A stretch of 64,000 bases of DNA from a virus (Duplodnaviria; Caudoviricetes), in IMG/VR virus record IMGVR_UViG_3300005259_000074, positions 1 through 64,000 of that record. The stretch is one strand, 5' to 3'. Numbering within the stretch: position 1 is the stretch's first letter; each line of letters opens with the position of its first letter. The notes below the pieces were generated by a model, which saw nothing but the letters and a program-made list of their open reading frames with translations, had not been told where the DNA came from and did not search any database. Shown piece after piece: positions 1 to 8,384 of this stretch. A program made the position numbers and the translations under genes.

Positions 1-273
1 ATGAAGTTCTCAGAAAACTTGGAAAAGTTCTGTGAAGTGGTCGATCCCAAGAAAGTGCTAGCGGCGAAAGCCAGGAAGGCTGTGACGGAAGCTGCGCTGA
101 GGGGAGACGAACGGATCACACTGGCCGACGTAGACGACAGTATCTTCAAGAAGGGAGATGTTCTGGCAGTGAAAGACCTCCCAGTGGTGATCGACGGTAA
201 GAGACACGTGTACAACGCGTACTACGTCGGTTTCAACTTCTACGAGAGCATTGACCACCAAATCATCAAGTGA
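1..273 (+). CDS. hypothetical protein (may be 5'-truncated)
   Basis: 90-aa ORF at the window edge, co-oriented with downstream genes. Confidence 0.5.
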   Translation: MKFSENLEKFCEVVDPKKVLAAKARKAVTEAALRGDERITLADVDDSIFKKGDVLAVKDLPVVIDGKRHVYNAYYVGFNFYESIDHQIIK

Positions 274-283
274 AAGGGACACA

Positions 284-769
284 GTGAAGACACCATATCT
301 GCTCCAGAGGATCGGTTTCGACAGCAAGAACAACAAACTCGTGTACGACTACATGGGAAGCGCTGAGTTCGAGTTCGGCTCGATCCCAAAGATCTACCGC
401 GAGATGGCGAAGGACTCCAAGCAGTTCGTGATAAAGACGGTCGTCGGAGCTGACGGCAAGTCAATAGTCAGCGCTAACGGCTTTGGACTCTTCTACATCG
501 GGAGAGAGTCCGAGTACGAAGAGGTGATGAAGTTCATACCCGACCTCCTCGCTGGAAAGACCCGCTTGAAGGAGAGGTCAGAGCTCCGCTTCCAGTACGA
601 AGATCCCGTGGATTTCAGAGGAAGGAAGTACTGGAGAGAGGACCGTTACGGTTCCAACACCGGAGTGCTCGACATCGACAACGGGTACTTCCTCGTGTGG
701 CAGGCGAAAGAAGCCGTGTCGGTCTTCACCTACTTCAAAACAGTTCTCGTCGAGAAGTTTTCGAAGTGA
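284..769 (+). CDS. hypothetical phage protein with DYMGSAEFEFG motif
   Basis: GTG start at 284 after AAGGGA; ORF 251..769 trimmed. Confidence 0.65.
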   Translation: MKTPYLLQRIGFDSKNNKLVYDYMGSAEFEFGSIPKIYREMAKDSKQFVIKTVVGADGKSIVSANGFGLFYIGRESEYEEVMKFIPDLLAGKTRLKERSELRFQYEDPVDFRGRKYWREDRYGSNTGVLDIDNGYFLVWQAKEAVSVFTYFKTVLVEKFSK

Positions 770-1086
770 AAATTTCGGAAGTGGTCATGTACGCTGAAAA
801 CACAAGTTGCAATCTAGCGACATGCTTTCCTCACCTGAGAGGGAAGATGGCGAGAGTCCCAGGAAAACCCGAGGACGGCCTCTGCGAAGTGAAAGGGTAC
901 AACTACAGGAACATGATGTTCGAGTGCTCGAGACCCCTTTTGAGGTACGACGAGAAAGTGTTGATATCGGTGAAGAACATCATGGAGATGCTCGTCGATA
1001 AGATTGACACTCCTCAAGAGGAACTGACGTTTAGCGAGCGAGCCTTGCTAGAGAGTGCTGCCGCAAGGAAAATTGAGGAGATATGA
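766..1086 (+). CDS. hypothetical protein with C-terminal tag (KIEEI)
   Basis: GTGA overlap with upstream stop; 4 Cys; ends AAARKIEEI*. Confidence 0.65.
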   Translation: MKISEVVMYAENTSCNLATCFPHLRGKMARVPGKPEDGLCEVKGYNYRNMMFECSRPLLRYDEKVLISVKNIMEMLVDKIDTPQEELTFSERALLESAAARKIEEI

Positions 1087-1178
1087 AAAGATAGAAAGTG
1101 AGAACTTTGAAGTTCTAGTGCGCGATGACGGCAGATTCGTAATGAAATTGCGTCACTCAGGGATGGTCTTCGGGTGTA

Positions 1179-1370
1179 GTGAAAAGTGAATCTGAGATTG
1201 CACCCACTCATCAGGAAGGGTACCGACAACTGAAGGAAATGGTCAAGTCTGTCAAAAGAAAAGATGACTGCATCATCTGGTGCTATTGCTCACAATCTCA
1301 GCTCCAGAACACTTCACAATGTCGCTTCAGCGTGGTATTGCTATTCGACGGAGAACTGCGCAGAGAGTAG
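1179..1370 (+). CDS. small hypothetical protein
   Basis: 63-aa ORF filling the gap before cca; no recognisable motif. Confidence 0.3.
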   Translation: MKSESEIAPTHQEGYRQLKEMVKSVKRKDDCIIWCYCSQSQLQNTSQCRFSVVLLFDGELRRE

Positions 1371-1417
1371 AAGTGATGAATGCATTAGCTACGAAAGACA
1401 AACACTAAGGTAAAAGA

Positions 1418-2773
1418 ATGCTCACGTCTGCGAACAGGCTTCTGGAAGCGATAGAGAACCTCGGAGGGCAGGCCCTCATCGTCGGAGGCGCAGTCAGAGA
1501 CATCTCGATGGGAGTCGTCCCCCACGACATCGACATAGCGACGAACCTTCCGATAGACACTATTGCGAAAAACTTCAGGTCTCACGATGTCGGGCGGTCC
1601 AAGGACTTCGGGATCGTAGTCGTCGAGTGGGAGGACTTCACGTTCGAAGTCGCTCAGTTCCGCAGTGACGGCGTCTACTCCGATGGGAGGTCTCCTGAGT
1701 CTGTCACTGCCGCTCTCGACTTCAAGACCGACGCATCTCGTCGAGACTTCACCATAAACGCTATGGCCATGGACTCCCGGGGGAACATACTCGACTACTT
1801 CGGAGGACGAGAAGACATCTCCAAGAAGGTCATCAAGACCGTCGGTGACCCCAACAAGCGGTTCCAAGAAGACAAGCTGAGGATGCTCCGGGCGGCTCGC
1901 TTCGCAGCTAAGTTGGACTTCTCCATAGATCCAGCGACGCGGGATGCAATGCTGCTGAACTGCGAGGGAATAAAGCAGGTCTCCGGAGAGCGCATTAGAG
2001 ATGAATTGATGAAGATCGCCTCTTCCGGCGGTAGACAGCTGTCTAAGATGCTGAAAGAGCTCAGTGATGCTGGAATCATGCATATCATCCTCCCTGAGAT
2101 ATCAGCGATGGAAGGTCTCCCGCACAACCCAGCTTATCATCCCGAGGGAGACGTCCTCCAGCACTGCTTCGCTGCAGTGGAGACCAGCGACTCCACCGAC
2201 CCCATCGTCAACCTCGCGATACTGTTCCACGACATCGGGAAGGTCAAAACGTTCAAGATGGACGGCGACAACCCCACGTACAGATCGCACGCGTTCGTTG
2301 GCATCGACATGTTCGAGGACATCGCGCTCAGGCTGAAGCTGTCGCGAGAAGACGCGGACCGCATATCGTTCTGCATAGAGCACCACATGCTGTTCAACTA
2401 CGAGTTCCCCAACATGAGAGACAGCACCGTCGCGAAGCTCCTGAGAGATCAGAACTTCAACGACCTACTGCTCGTCGCAGAAGCGGACGACAGGGCTCGC
2501 ATGCACGTGTACGACGCTGAGGTGTGGGGGAAGATCCACGAGAAGATCGACAAAGTCAGAGCTAAGTTGGAGCTGACGGACTATGACAAGCTCAGGAAGT
2601 TGGTCAATGGACACAGGGTCATGCAGATACTGGGGATCAAACCCGGGAAGATGGTCGGAAAGGTCATAGACGTCTCGCTCAACTGGGCTGTCGACGCTGG
2701 GATATCGGACCCCGATGCAGTATACGCTTACATAGCGGAGATGAACCTCTCAGAACTGGAGAATGACACATGA
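1418..2773 (+). CDS. cca: CCA tRNA nucleotidyltransferase with HD domain
   Basis: GGAVRD, DIDIAT, RRDFTINAMA, EDKLRMLRAARF; HD region HPEGDV...LFHDIGK. Confidence 0.95.
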   Translation: MLTSANRLLEAIENLGGQALIVGGAVRDISMGVVPHDIDIATNLPIDTIAKNFRSHDVGRSKDFGIVVVEWEDFTFEVAQFRSDGVYSDGRSPESVTAALDFKTDASRRDFTINAMAMDSRGNILDYFGGREDISKKVIKTVGDPNKRFQEDKLRMLRAARFAAKLDFSIDPATRDAMLLNCEGIKQVSGERIRDELMKIASSGGRQLSKMLKELSDAGIMHIILPEISAMEGLPHNPAYHPEGDVLQHCFAAVETSDSTDPIVNLAILFHDIGKVKTFKMDGDNPTYRSHAFVGIDMFEDIALRLKLSREDADRISFCIEHHMLFNYEFPNMRDSTVAKLLRDQNFNDLLLVAEADDRARMHVYDAEVWGKIHEKIDKVRAKLELTDYDKLRKLVNGHRVMQILGIKPGKMVGKVIDVSLNWAVDAGISDPDAVYAYIAEMNLSELENDT

Positions 2774-3057
2774 CACGCGTCTGGGGAGACTTAGAAGCTT
2801 TCGACTTGGAGAGCATAAAGTGCATTGGTATACAACGAAAGGATAACTTGCGCACAGCAATCATCACGACGTTAATCATACTGACGTTATCGATAGTCAG
2901 CGCTCTGTGCAGCGGATTTGGTGTAGTGATCTACACTGGTATGAACATCATAGTGTTCGTTGGTCTGTTCAATATAATGAGGTACGACAACAAGTGGATA
3001 GAACGTCTTGAAGAAATTGAAGCCGCCCGCCTAGATAGGAAGTTAGAAGATATATGA
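2770..3057 (+). CDS. two-TM membrane protein with C-terminal tag (KLEDI)
   Basis: ATGA-coupled; two hydrophobic segments; ends AARLDRKLEDI*. Confidence 0.7.
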   Translation: MTRVWGDLEAFDLESIKCIGIQRKDNLRTAIITTLIILTLSIVSALCSGFGVVIYTGMNIIVFVGLFNIMRYDNKWIERLEEIEAARLDRKLEDI

Positions 3058-3521
3058 AGTTCACCCTGTGGAAAGACAAAGACAAGACCGATGAGACAGT
3101 AGCTTGGGCTGAAGAGTGCCTCGCTAGAGTCGAGAAGCTTGTCGTGACAGTCGGGCCTGGGAACCCCACAATCATTACAAAGCACTTTATGCTGAAAGAG
3201 GCCTCCATTCAGATCGTCTATTACTATGTAAACCTGAAGATAGATTTCCAGTGTTTCATAGCTCAGATACTTGCAATGTTTGTCGGGAGTGTATTACTCT
3301 CTCTGTACGTAGCAGCAGAATCGCAGTCGTACGGTGCGTTATTCTACTTAGGGGAGATCACATCGATTGTGTTCTTCGCAGTGATGATCGTCTTCGTTAA
3401 GATGGCGGAAGACACAATGCAGCTTGAGACTTCCAACATCAGCGAATATCATCAAACGATGGTGACTATCGAAGAGTCTCTTCGAGATGATATCGCTGAA
3501 GCGATGCTAGAGTGGATCTAG
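3054..3521 (+). CDS. two-TM membrane protein with tag-like end (MLEWI)
   Basis: ATGA-coupled; hydrophobic segments; shares CTAG stop with the convergent gene. Confidence 0.7.
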   Translation: MKFTLWKDKDKTDETVAWAEECLARVEKLVVTVGPGNPTIITKHFMLKEASIQIVYYYVNLKIDFQCFIAQILAMFVGSVLLSLYVAAESQSYGALFYLGEITSIVFFAVMIVFVKMAEDTMQLETSNISEYHQTMVTIEESLRDDIAEAMLEWI

Positions 3522-4255
3522 CTGCCCTTCGGCAACTTTTTTAAGTCAGGTTGTGCCGGCTTCAAGTATAAGTCGTTGAGGCCTTCTCTGCTCTCGAATG
3601 CTATCGTCGCTATCTGGTCGATGTCGTGGAAATTGAACGGATTTATCTTGTTCTTAGAGTCAGCCGCGATAGGCTCTTCTTCAGCCATCCACAGTGACAT
3701 GAGATTGCCTTCGCCGACGCCAGTTTTTCCACCTTCGACTGCCCTGAGCATCTGGTTAGCGAAGCGCTTCCTCCAGTACTCCGGTTCCTCAGCTTGGAAC
3801 TGCTCAGATGTGAACGGCTTTCCGTTCTTCTTCTCCAGCTCTTCACACAGGTGCTCCATGTAGTCAACTTCTTTGAGCAGCCCTTTGATGCGTATCTCCT
3901 GCTCTTCCATCTGGCGAGACAACTCATACAACTCGAGGTCCGCGTCTTCTGCAGTTGGGTCAGCTGAACCCTTCGCATCTTCTAGTTTTTTGTTGAGCTT
4001 CGTGATCTTTCTCGACTTCTTCTCCTGGTCGATTATCAAGCGCCGCGCTTCTTGCATGGTCACGTAGCTGTTGTGAGCCAGGTGGCGGAACTTTGTGATG
4101 GGGGTGTACTCGTCACAACCAATGAACTTCTCGATCATGAAGTTAGAGCGAGTCTGAGCGAACTCTCCAGCTCTGTCTTTCATCTTATCGAGCTGCTGTT
4201 CGACAGTAGTGAAACGGGAGTCAGTCACAGCTACTTGCGCGTTGTCGTTCATCAC
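3518..4255 (-). CDS. conserved-looking coiled-coil hypothetical phage protein
   Basis: 245-aa ORF; EEPEYWRKRF..GNL motif recalled from tail-region hypotheticals. Confidence 0.7.
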   Translation of the reverse strand: MMNDNAQVAVTDSRFTTVEQQLDKMKDRAGEFAQTRSNFMIEKFIGCDEYTPITKFRHLAHNSYVTMQEARRLIIDQEKKSRKITKLNKKLEDAKGSADPTAEDADLELYELSRQMEEQEIRIKGLLKEVDYMEHLCEELEKKNGKPFTSEQFQAEEPEYWRKRFANQMLRAVEGGKTGVGEGNLMSLWMAEEEPIAADSKNKINPFNFHDIDQIATIAFESREGLNDLYLKPAQPDLKKLPKGS

Positions 4256-4674
4256 TCAGCCCTCACAGAGAACTTCTTCTTCTGTCCGTCCACCTCGAGC
4301 ACGAACTTGACGACGTAGTCATCGACGTTATCAAGAGCAGCCCCACTCTTCATGATGAATTGCACCAGGGCGTTCTTAGCTCCGAGACTCAATTCGTTGC
4401 GTGTTTCGACTGCCATTGTGGTCTTGTCGACAGACGGAGCTGGGTGAACACCGTGGACCACCTCGATCTTAGGCTGGACCTTCTCTATGGGTGTCTGATT
4501 AGAGACTGTAGTCGCCTTCGGCTTCGGAGTCATGCTCTTCTCGTAGCCTTCGGTCAGTTTGGTGAGAGACTTGTCGAGGAGAGCTCCCCACGATTCGCTA
4601 GACCCGCTGTTGTTCATGACTGACGACGGGTGTTGTGATGCTGGTGAGCTCATCGCTCCTTTTGGTGCTGACAT
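4252..4674 (-). CDS. hypothetical low-complexity protein
   Basis: ATG 4674 after AAAGGA; GTGA-coupled to next gene. Confidence 0.6.
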   Translation of the reverse strand: MSAPKGAMSSPASQHPSSVMNNSGSSESWGALLDKSLTKLTEGYEKSMTPKPKATTVSNQTPIEKVQPKIEVVHGVHPAPSVDKTTMAVETRNELSLGAKNALVQFIMKSGAALDNVDDYVVKFVLEVDGQKKKFSVRAE

Positions 4675-4721
4675 GACTTGTGTTCCTTTCACATATCACT
4701 ATAGACTCAGTGGACCGGGGC

Positions 4722-5642
4722 TCAGATCGCCCTGTAAGTACCTTCGGAGACCGCTCCGGATACTAACGCGTCTTTCACTGATGTGTGGATCCCGCCGACT
4801 GTGAAGAACTTCTTCCACATCTCGTCGAAATCGCTCTTCGCTACTTCTGCTCTGCGGATGTTCTCGTCTATCAGAGAAGCGTCATCCATAGACCAACCAT
4901 TCTCGAGACGGACTTTATTCCATCTACAATACTGCTTGAAGGGCATTTGCGACGCTATGAATACACTTCCAGCTTCGGAAGTGCCCTCTAACATGTTGTC
5001 GATGATGCCACTCGCCCAGTCTAGCTTAGTCCACCGCTTGGCTGAAGACATGTCGACGTCGGGTCTGATTATCTTACCCTGCCCCAGCGACATCATCTCG
5101 ATGTCATGGATGTCCGCACCTAACTGGTCGATTGATGCCGCTGCGAGTACCATCGATGGGTCGTTTGCGAATAGCCCTCCGTCCACATATGCTCCCATGG
5201 GATCGAAATAAGTTGGAGCAGACACTGAAGCAAGCACTGCCATCCACAAAGGATAGTCTCCATCTTGAATGGAGGAGAAGATCTTTGGACGTCTCTTGGA
5301 GTAGTCATAAGATGTGATGAACACTGGTTTCTTAAGATCTTTCATCTTGACGTTGTAGTTCTTCTTACAGAATTCTACGAGGACTTTATTCGGCCATCTA
5401 GAACCAAATGGTGTCAGCGTGTGGTACGAAAGGAAGTTGCGATTAAAGACTTCTGGTAGCCAGCCTCTCATGATGGGAAGGAGATCTGCTGGATCTTTAC
5501 CCATGAATATCCAAGCAACAATAGCGGTACCGATAGATGTCGCTCCTGCGCAATCGAACTCACTTAGCGGATCTTTGTCTCTCGTCAGCGCAGCAGTTAT
5601 GACTCCGAAACACCCTCCACCGTCAACAGCCCATTCTTTCAT
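4722..5642 (-). CDS. patatin-like phospholipase
   Basis: DGGGCFG oxyanion loop, nucleophile elbow ATSIG (G>A variant of GxSxG), SVSAPTYF, DGGLFANDP. Confidence 0.9.
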   Translation of the reverse strand: MKEWAVDGGGCFGVITAALTRDKDPLSEFDCAGATSIGTAIVAWIFMGKDPADLLPIMRGWLPEVFNRNFLSYHTLTPFGSRWPNKVLVEFCKKNYNVKMKDLKKPVFITSYDYSKRRPKIFSSIQDGDYPLWMAVLASVSAPTYFDPMGAYVDGGLFANDPSMVLAAASIDQLGADIHDIEMMSLGQGKIIRPDVDMSSAKRWTKLDWASGIIDNMLEGTSEAGSVFIASQMPFKQYCRWNKVRLENGWSMDDASLIDENIRRAEVAKSDFDEMWKKFFTVGGIHTSVKDALVSGAVSEGTYRAI

Positions 5643-5682
5643 CGTCAGCGCCTACATTCTTTCATCTTTCGCTCGATCATAT

Positions 5683-5928
5683 CTAATGATCGTTGCATTT
5701 CATTTTTCTTTTATTCAGTTTGTCTAACAACATGTCACCTTCTTTAGATGTCATGTTGCCATCCGACACACGCTCGACAATGTAGCACTCGGCAGCTTCA
5801 TATCCCAATGAGTCAGCTAATTGTTCTACTATCATAGTGTCAGATTCAAGCTGGTCGTGCACAAGTGGTGTGCACGCCGCTATACAACATATCAGAAACA
5901 CCATTGATAACAATAACAAGGAACGCAT
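5683..5928 (-). CDS. small lipoprotein
   Basis: N-terminal signal with lipobox IAAC. Confidence 0.65.
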   Translation of the reverse strand: MRSLLLLSMVFLICCIAACTPLVHDQLESDTMIVEQLADSLGYEAAECYIVERVSDGNMTSKEGDMLLDKLNKRKMKCNDH

Positions 5929-5937
5929 GTGGTGTTC

Positions 5938-6702
5938 TTAAGTTAAAATAATCCTATTAGCGAAATCAGCCGTTCCAACGAACTCCGGGCGCTGACTGTA
6001 CCCGTACCTAGAGAGGCGAGGAACAGTCGCATCAATGAGAGGACCGTAAGCTGGAGAACCGAGTTCTCCCCATATTTCCAGCGCATAGTGTGTGAAAGCA
6101 CCGCAACAGTGACCACCAATGCAAGCATCTGCGCTAGTCTGGTTAGACCTACAAGCTGCCAACTGAGTCACTCCAGGTCGCCTATCTGGATCGATAGGAG
6201 TGCTAGTTATCCTCATGATAGCTGAACTCAAGTCGAAATTCGGAATGAACTTAGCTTTCTCATCTTTGAACATCAGCTCGCGGAGGGAGTCCGCCGCATG
6301 GCAGCAGTCGGCCCAGTCGACGAATTGAGCGCCTGGTTTCAACAGACTGAGCAGTTTGTCCATCTGGTCGTCTACTATCATGTGATCAGGATCCCAATCG
6401 AAATCGTCGGGACACCAGACTTCAGCTAGTCCGTCGGTCTCGGTGGAGTCAGACACTTGTGCCCCGTGGTGGCTGTGAGCGTGGAACACGATGTCACCTG
6501 GGTTAGCGTCTCTGATGTACTTCTCGAGGAGAGCCAACCAGTTCTTAGTGCTCATGTTTGGTCCGAGGAGTTCGACTATCTCGTCGATGTTCCCAAGTGA
6601 CACTAACTTCTTCTTGATGTCTTCCATATCATTCAGACACCCCTTAAGTGCATGAGATTTTCCGACGTAATTAGTCCCACAGAGCAACGCTATCCTCTTC
6701 AC
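5938..6702 (-). CDS. metacaspase-like cysteine peptidase (C14)
   Basis: LKGCLND, HSHHG (catalytic His), DCCH (catalytic Cys), LAACRSNQTSAD, GAFT. Confidence 0.9.
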   Translation of the reverse strand: MKRIALLCGTNYVGKSHALKGCLNDMEDIKKKLVSLGNIDEIVELLGPNMSTKNWLALLEKYIRDANPGDIVFHAHSHHGAQVSDSTETDGLAEVWCPDDFDWDPDHMIVDDQMDKLLSLLKPGAQFVDWADCCHAADSLRELMFKDEKAKFIPNFDLSSAIMRITSTPIDPDRRPGVTQLAACRSNQTSADACIGGHCCGAFTHYALEIWGELGSPAYGPLIDATVPRLSRYGYSQRPEFVGTADFANRIILT

Positions 6703-6753
6703 GTCATTCTCCTAGTTAATCGTGTGTGCCGCCCTCAAAGGGCGGCTAAAAGT

Positions 6754-7194
6754 TCACTTGATCTTGATGCCCTTCTCAGCGAGGATTTTCTCTGCGACAG
6801 GGAGCTTAGACGCATTGAACCCTCTCGAGAACACTGCATTGAGAGCTTTGACTTCGAGATCTCTGATATCAGCGATCGCTTTTACTTTAGTGAGGCTCTT
6901 AGTCTCCGACACAGTAGTCGCAGTCGCTGTTGAACTTGCGAGAGCGGCCGAAGCGCTGTTAGCGAGAGCTGCGATTGCCGTAGCTTCACTGGCTTGTGAA
7001 GCATCGATGACGCCAGCTGTCTCGAGAGCCGATGTAATAGACGCCACGTTGTTAGAAGTCGTCATTGCCTGCACTGTGCTCGCCGCAGTGCTGATTGCTG
7101 CTGTGACGTCTGTCGAGTTGCACCCGACGATGACACTGGCTGTCAGCGCGACAGCGAAGACGATCGCGATAGATAGGTTCTTGAAGCTTTTCAT
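6754..7194 (-). CDS. Ala/Thr-rich lipoprotein
   Basis: Signal peptide with lipobox IVGC; helical Ala-rich body. Confidence 0.7.
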   Translation of the reverse strand: MKSFKNLSIAIVFAVALTASVIVGCNSTDVTAAISTAASTVQAMTTSNNVASITSALETAGVIDASQASEATAIAALANSASAALASSTATATTVSETKSLTKVKAIADIRDLEVKALNAVFSRGFNASKLPVAEKILAEKGIKIK

Positions 7195-7222
7195 GATACG
7201 TTTCCTCTTGTTGTGTTGAGAT

Positions 7223-7897
7223 TTACTTGTCTGACGTCAATTTCTTCTGGAGCACTCGGAACATCTTTTCATCCGCTATCATGCGGTTATCGATGGGATC
7301 TTCACCAGCAGTTAAAGCGTCTAGACTCTTGTCAGTCATGTTCGCCAACTCATTAAATCTTGTATTGACCTCTTTGTCAGATGCGGCGATTTCTCTTATC
7401 TTCGTCAGAGTCTCAAACGCTCTGGCTTGTGCAGGTAAATCCATCGCGTCTATTTGCTTACTCAGAGTCTTTTCGAAGTACTTCGCTACTGATTCAGTGT
7501 CTACTACTTCCAGGCCGTCGATCTCTATTGTGATCGATCCATCAGCATGAGTCTCAATCTTCGTCTTTTTCAACCTCGTCTTAGCTGCATAATCCCAGTT
7601 CAACTCTCCGACAGAAGAACTACCATAAGGAAGCGTCGACTTTGAGATCCTTAAGGACATCATGTCACCGTCTCCAAGTTTATGATTGAATATCTTAGAG
7701 TAAATGGTACCGAAGTCTAACCTAGGTGATATTGCTCCATCAGAACCGACTGAAGTGTTGAACGTGAAACCACTGCCTTGAGCACTCGCTGTAGTGGATT
7801 TTCCACCCAAATCTTTCCATAACTCATCAAAAGCACAGCCTGCCGCTATCGTCAATACCAGACAAAAAACGCACAAGATAATTAATTTCTTCATCAT
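7223..7897 (-). CDS. lipoprotein, unknown function
   Basis: ATG 7897 after AGGAG; MMKKLIIL...AAGC lipobox. Confidence 0.7.
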   Translation of the reverse strand: MMKKLIILCVFCLVLTIAAGCAFDELWKDLGGKSTTASAQGSGFTFNTSVGSDGAISPRLDFGTIYSKIFNHKLGDGDMMSLRISKSTLPYGSSSVGELNWDYAAKTRLKKTKIETHADGSITIEIDGLEVVDTESVAKYFEKTLSKQIDAMDLPAQARAFETLTKIREIAASDKEVNTRFNELANMTDKSLDALTAGEDPIDNRMIADEKMFRVLQKKLTSDK

Positions 7898-7936
7898 TTT
7901 CTCCTGATTATCAAGAATTATCGTCACTGTTTGATT

Positions 7937-7944
7937 TATTTATA
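7937..7944 (-). promoter_or_regulatory. T4-type late promoter TATAAATA
   Basis: Exact gp55 consensus about 40 nt upstream of the lipoprotein/metacaspase/patatin operon. Confidence 0.75.
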
Positions 7945-7993
7945 AGTTAAATCATTTACAACCGGAAATGTAATTTGTAGAACTTTGATATGT

Positions 7994-8374
7994 TCATTGT
8001 TCGAGCTCCGTAATTTTTGCTTTGACGCTGACAAGATCTATTGAGGCCTGGGAGAGTGCTGTTGCTGTGACTACGTCGGAAAGGTCAATGACTTGCGCGT
8101 CCGCCCAATCTGCTTTGAACTCTGAGGAAGACTCTAGAAGCGCGTCAAGCTGGCTCTCAATTCCAAGAGCTCTCATTGCGCGGCGGATTTGGAGTTTCGA
8201 GACATATTGGGGTGTCAGAACTGCGCCAGCTGGAAGCTCTTGACCTATATCTATTCCCGGTGTCGAGTCAGCTATTGTGTAGATGCTCGCGGTCGGATAG
8301 AGTGCAAAAAGCCTTTGCGACATTTCATCAGCATAGGTCGCTTCGATCATTCCATTGAAAATGACGAGTTGCAT
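7994..8374 (-). CDS. tail fibre-associated (assembly chaperone-like) protein
   Basis: Follows a fibre gene; VSKLQIRRAM...WADAQVI motif typical of fibre-adjacent proteins. Confidence 0.55.
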   Translation of the reverse strand: MQLVIFNGMIEATYADEMSQRLFALYPTASIYTIADSTPGIDIGQELPAGAVLTPQYVSKLQIRRAMRALGIESQLDALLESSSEFKADWADAQVIDLSDVVTATALSQASIDLVSVKAKITELEQ

Positions 8375-8384
8375 GAAGTCCTCC

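Noticed and set aside
1083-1094. ATG AAA AGA TAG after the KIEEI tail as a minigene
   Set aside because: Only 3 codons and not coupled to a downstream gene; too short to support.
4722-6702. CBASS or other defence island (patatin plus caspase)
   Set aside because: No CD-NTase or sensor nearby; the genes lie in a late phage operon with lipoproteins.
6728-6746. Hairpin GCCGCCCT-caa-AGGGCGGC as a terminator
   Set aside because: No U-tract after the stem on either strand; more likely a stabilising or processing hairpin inside the operon.
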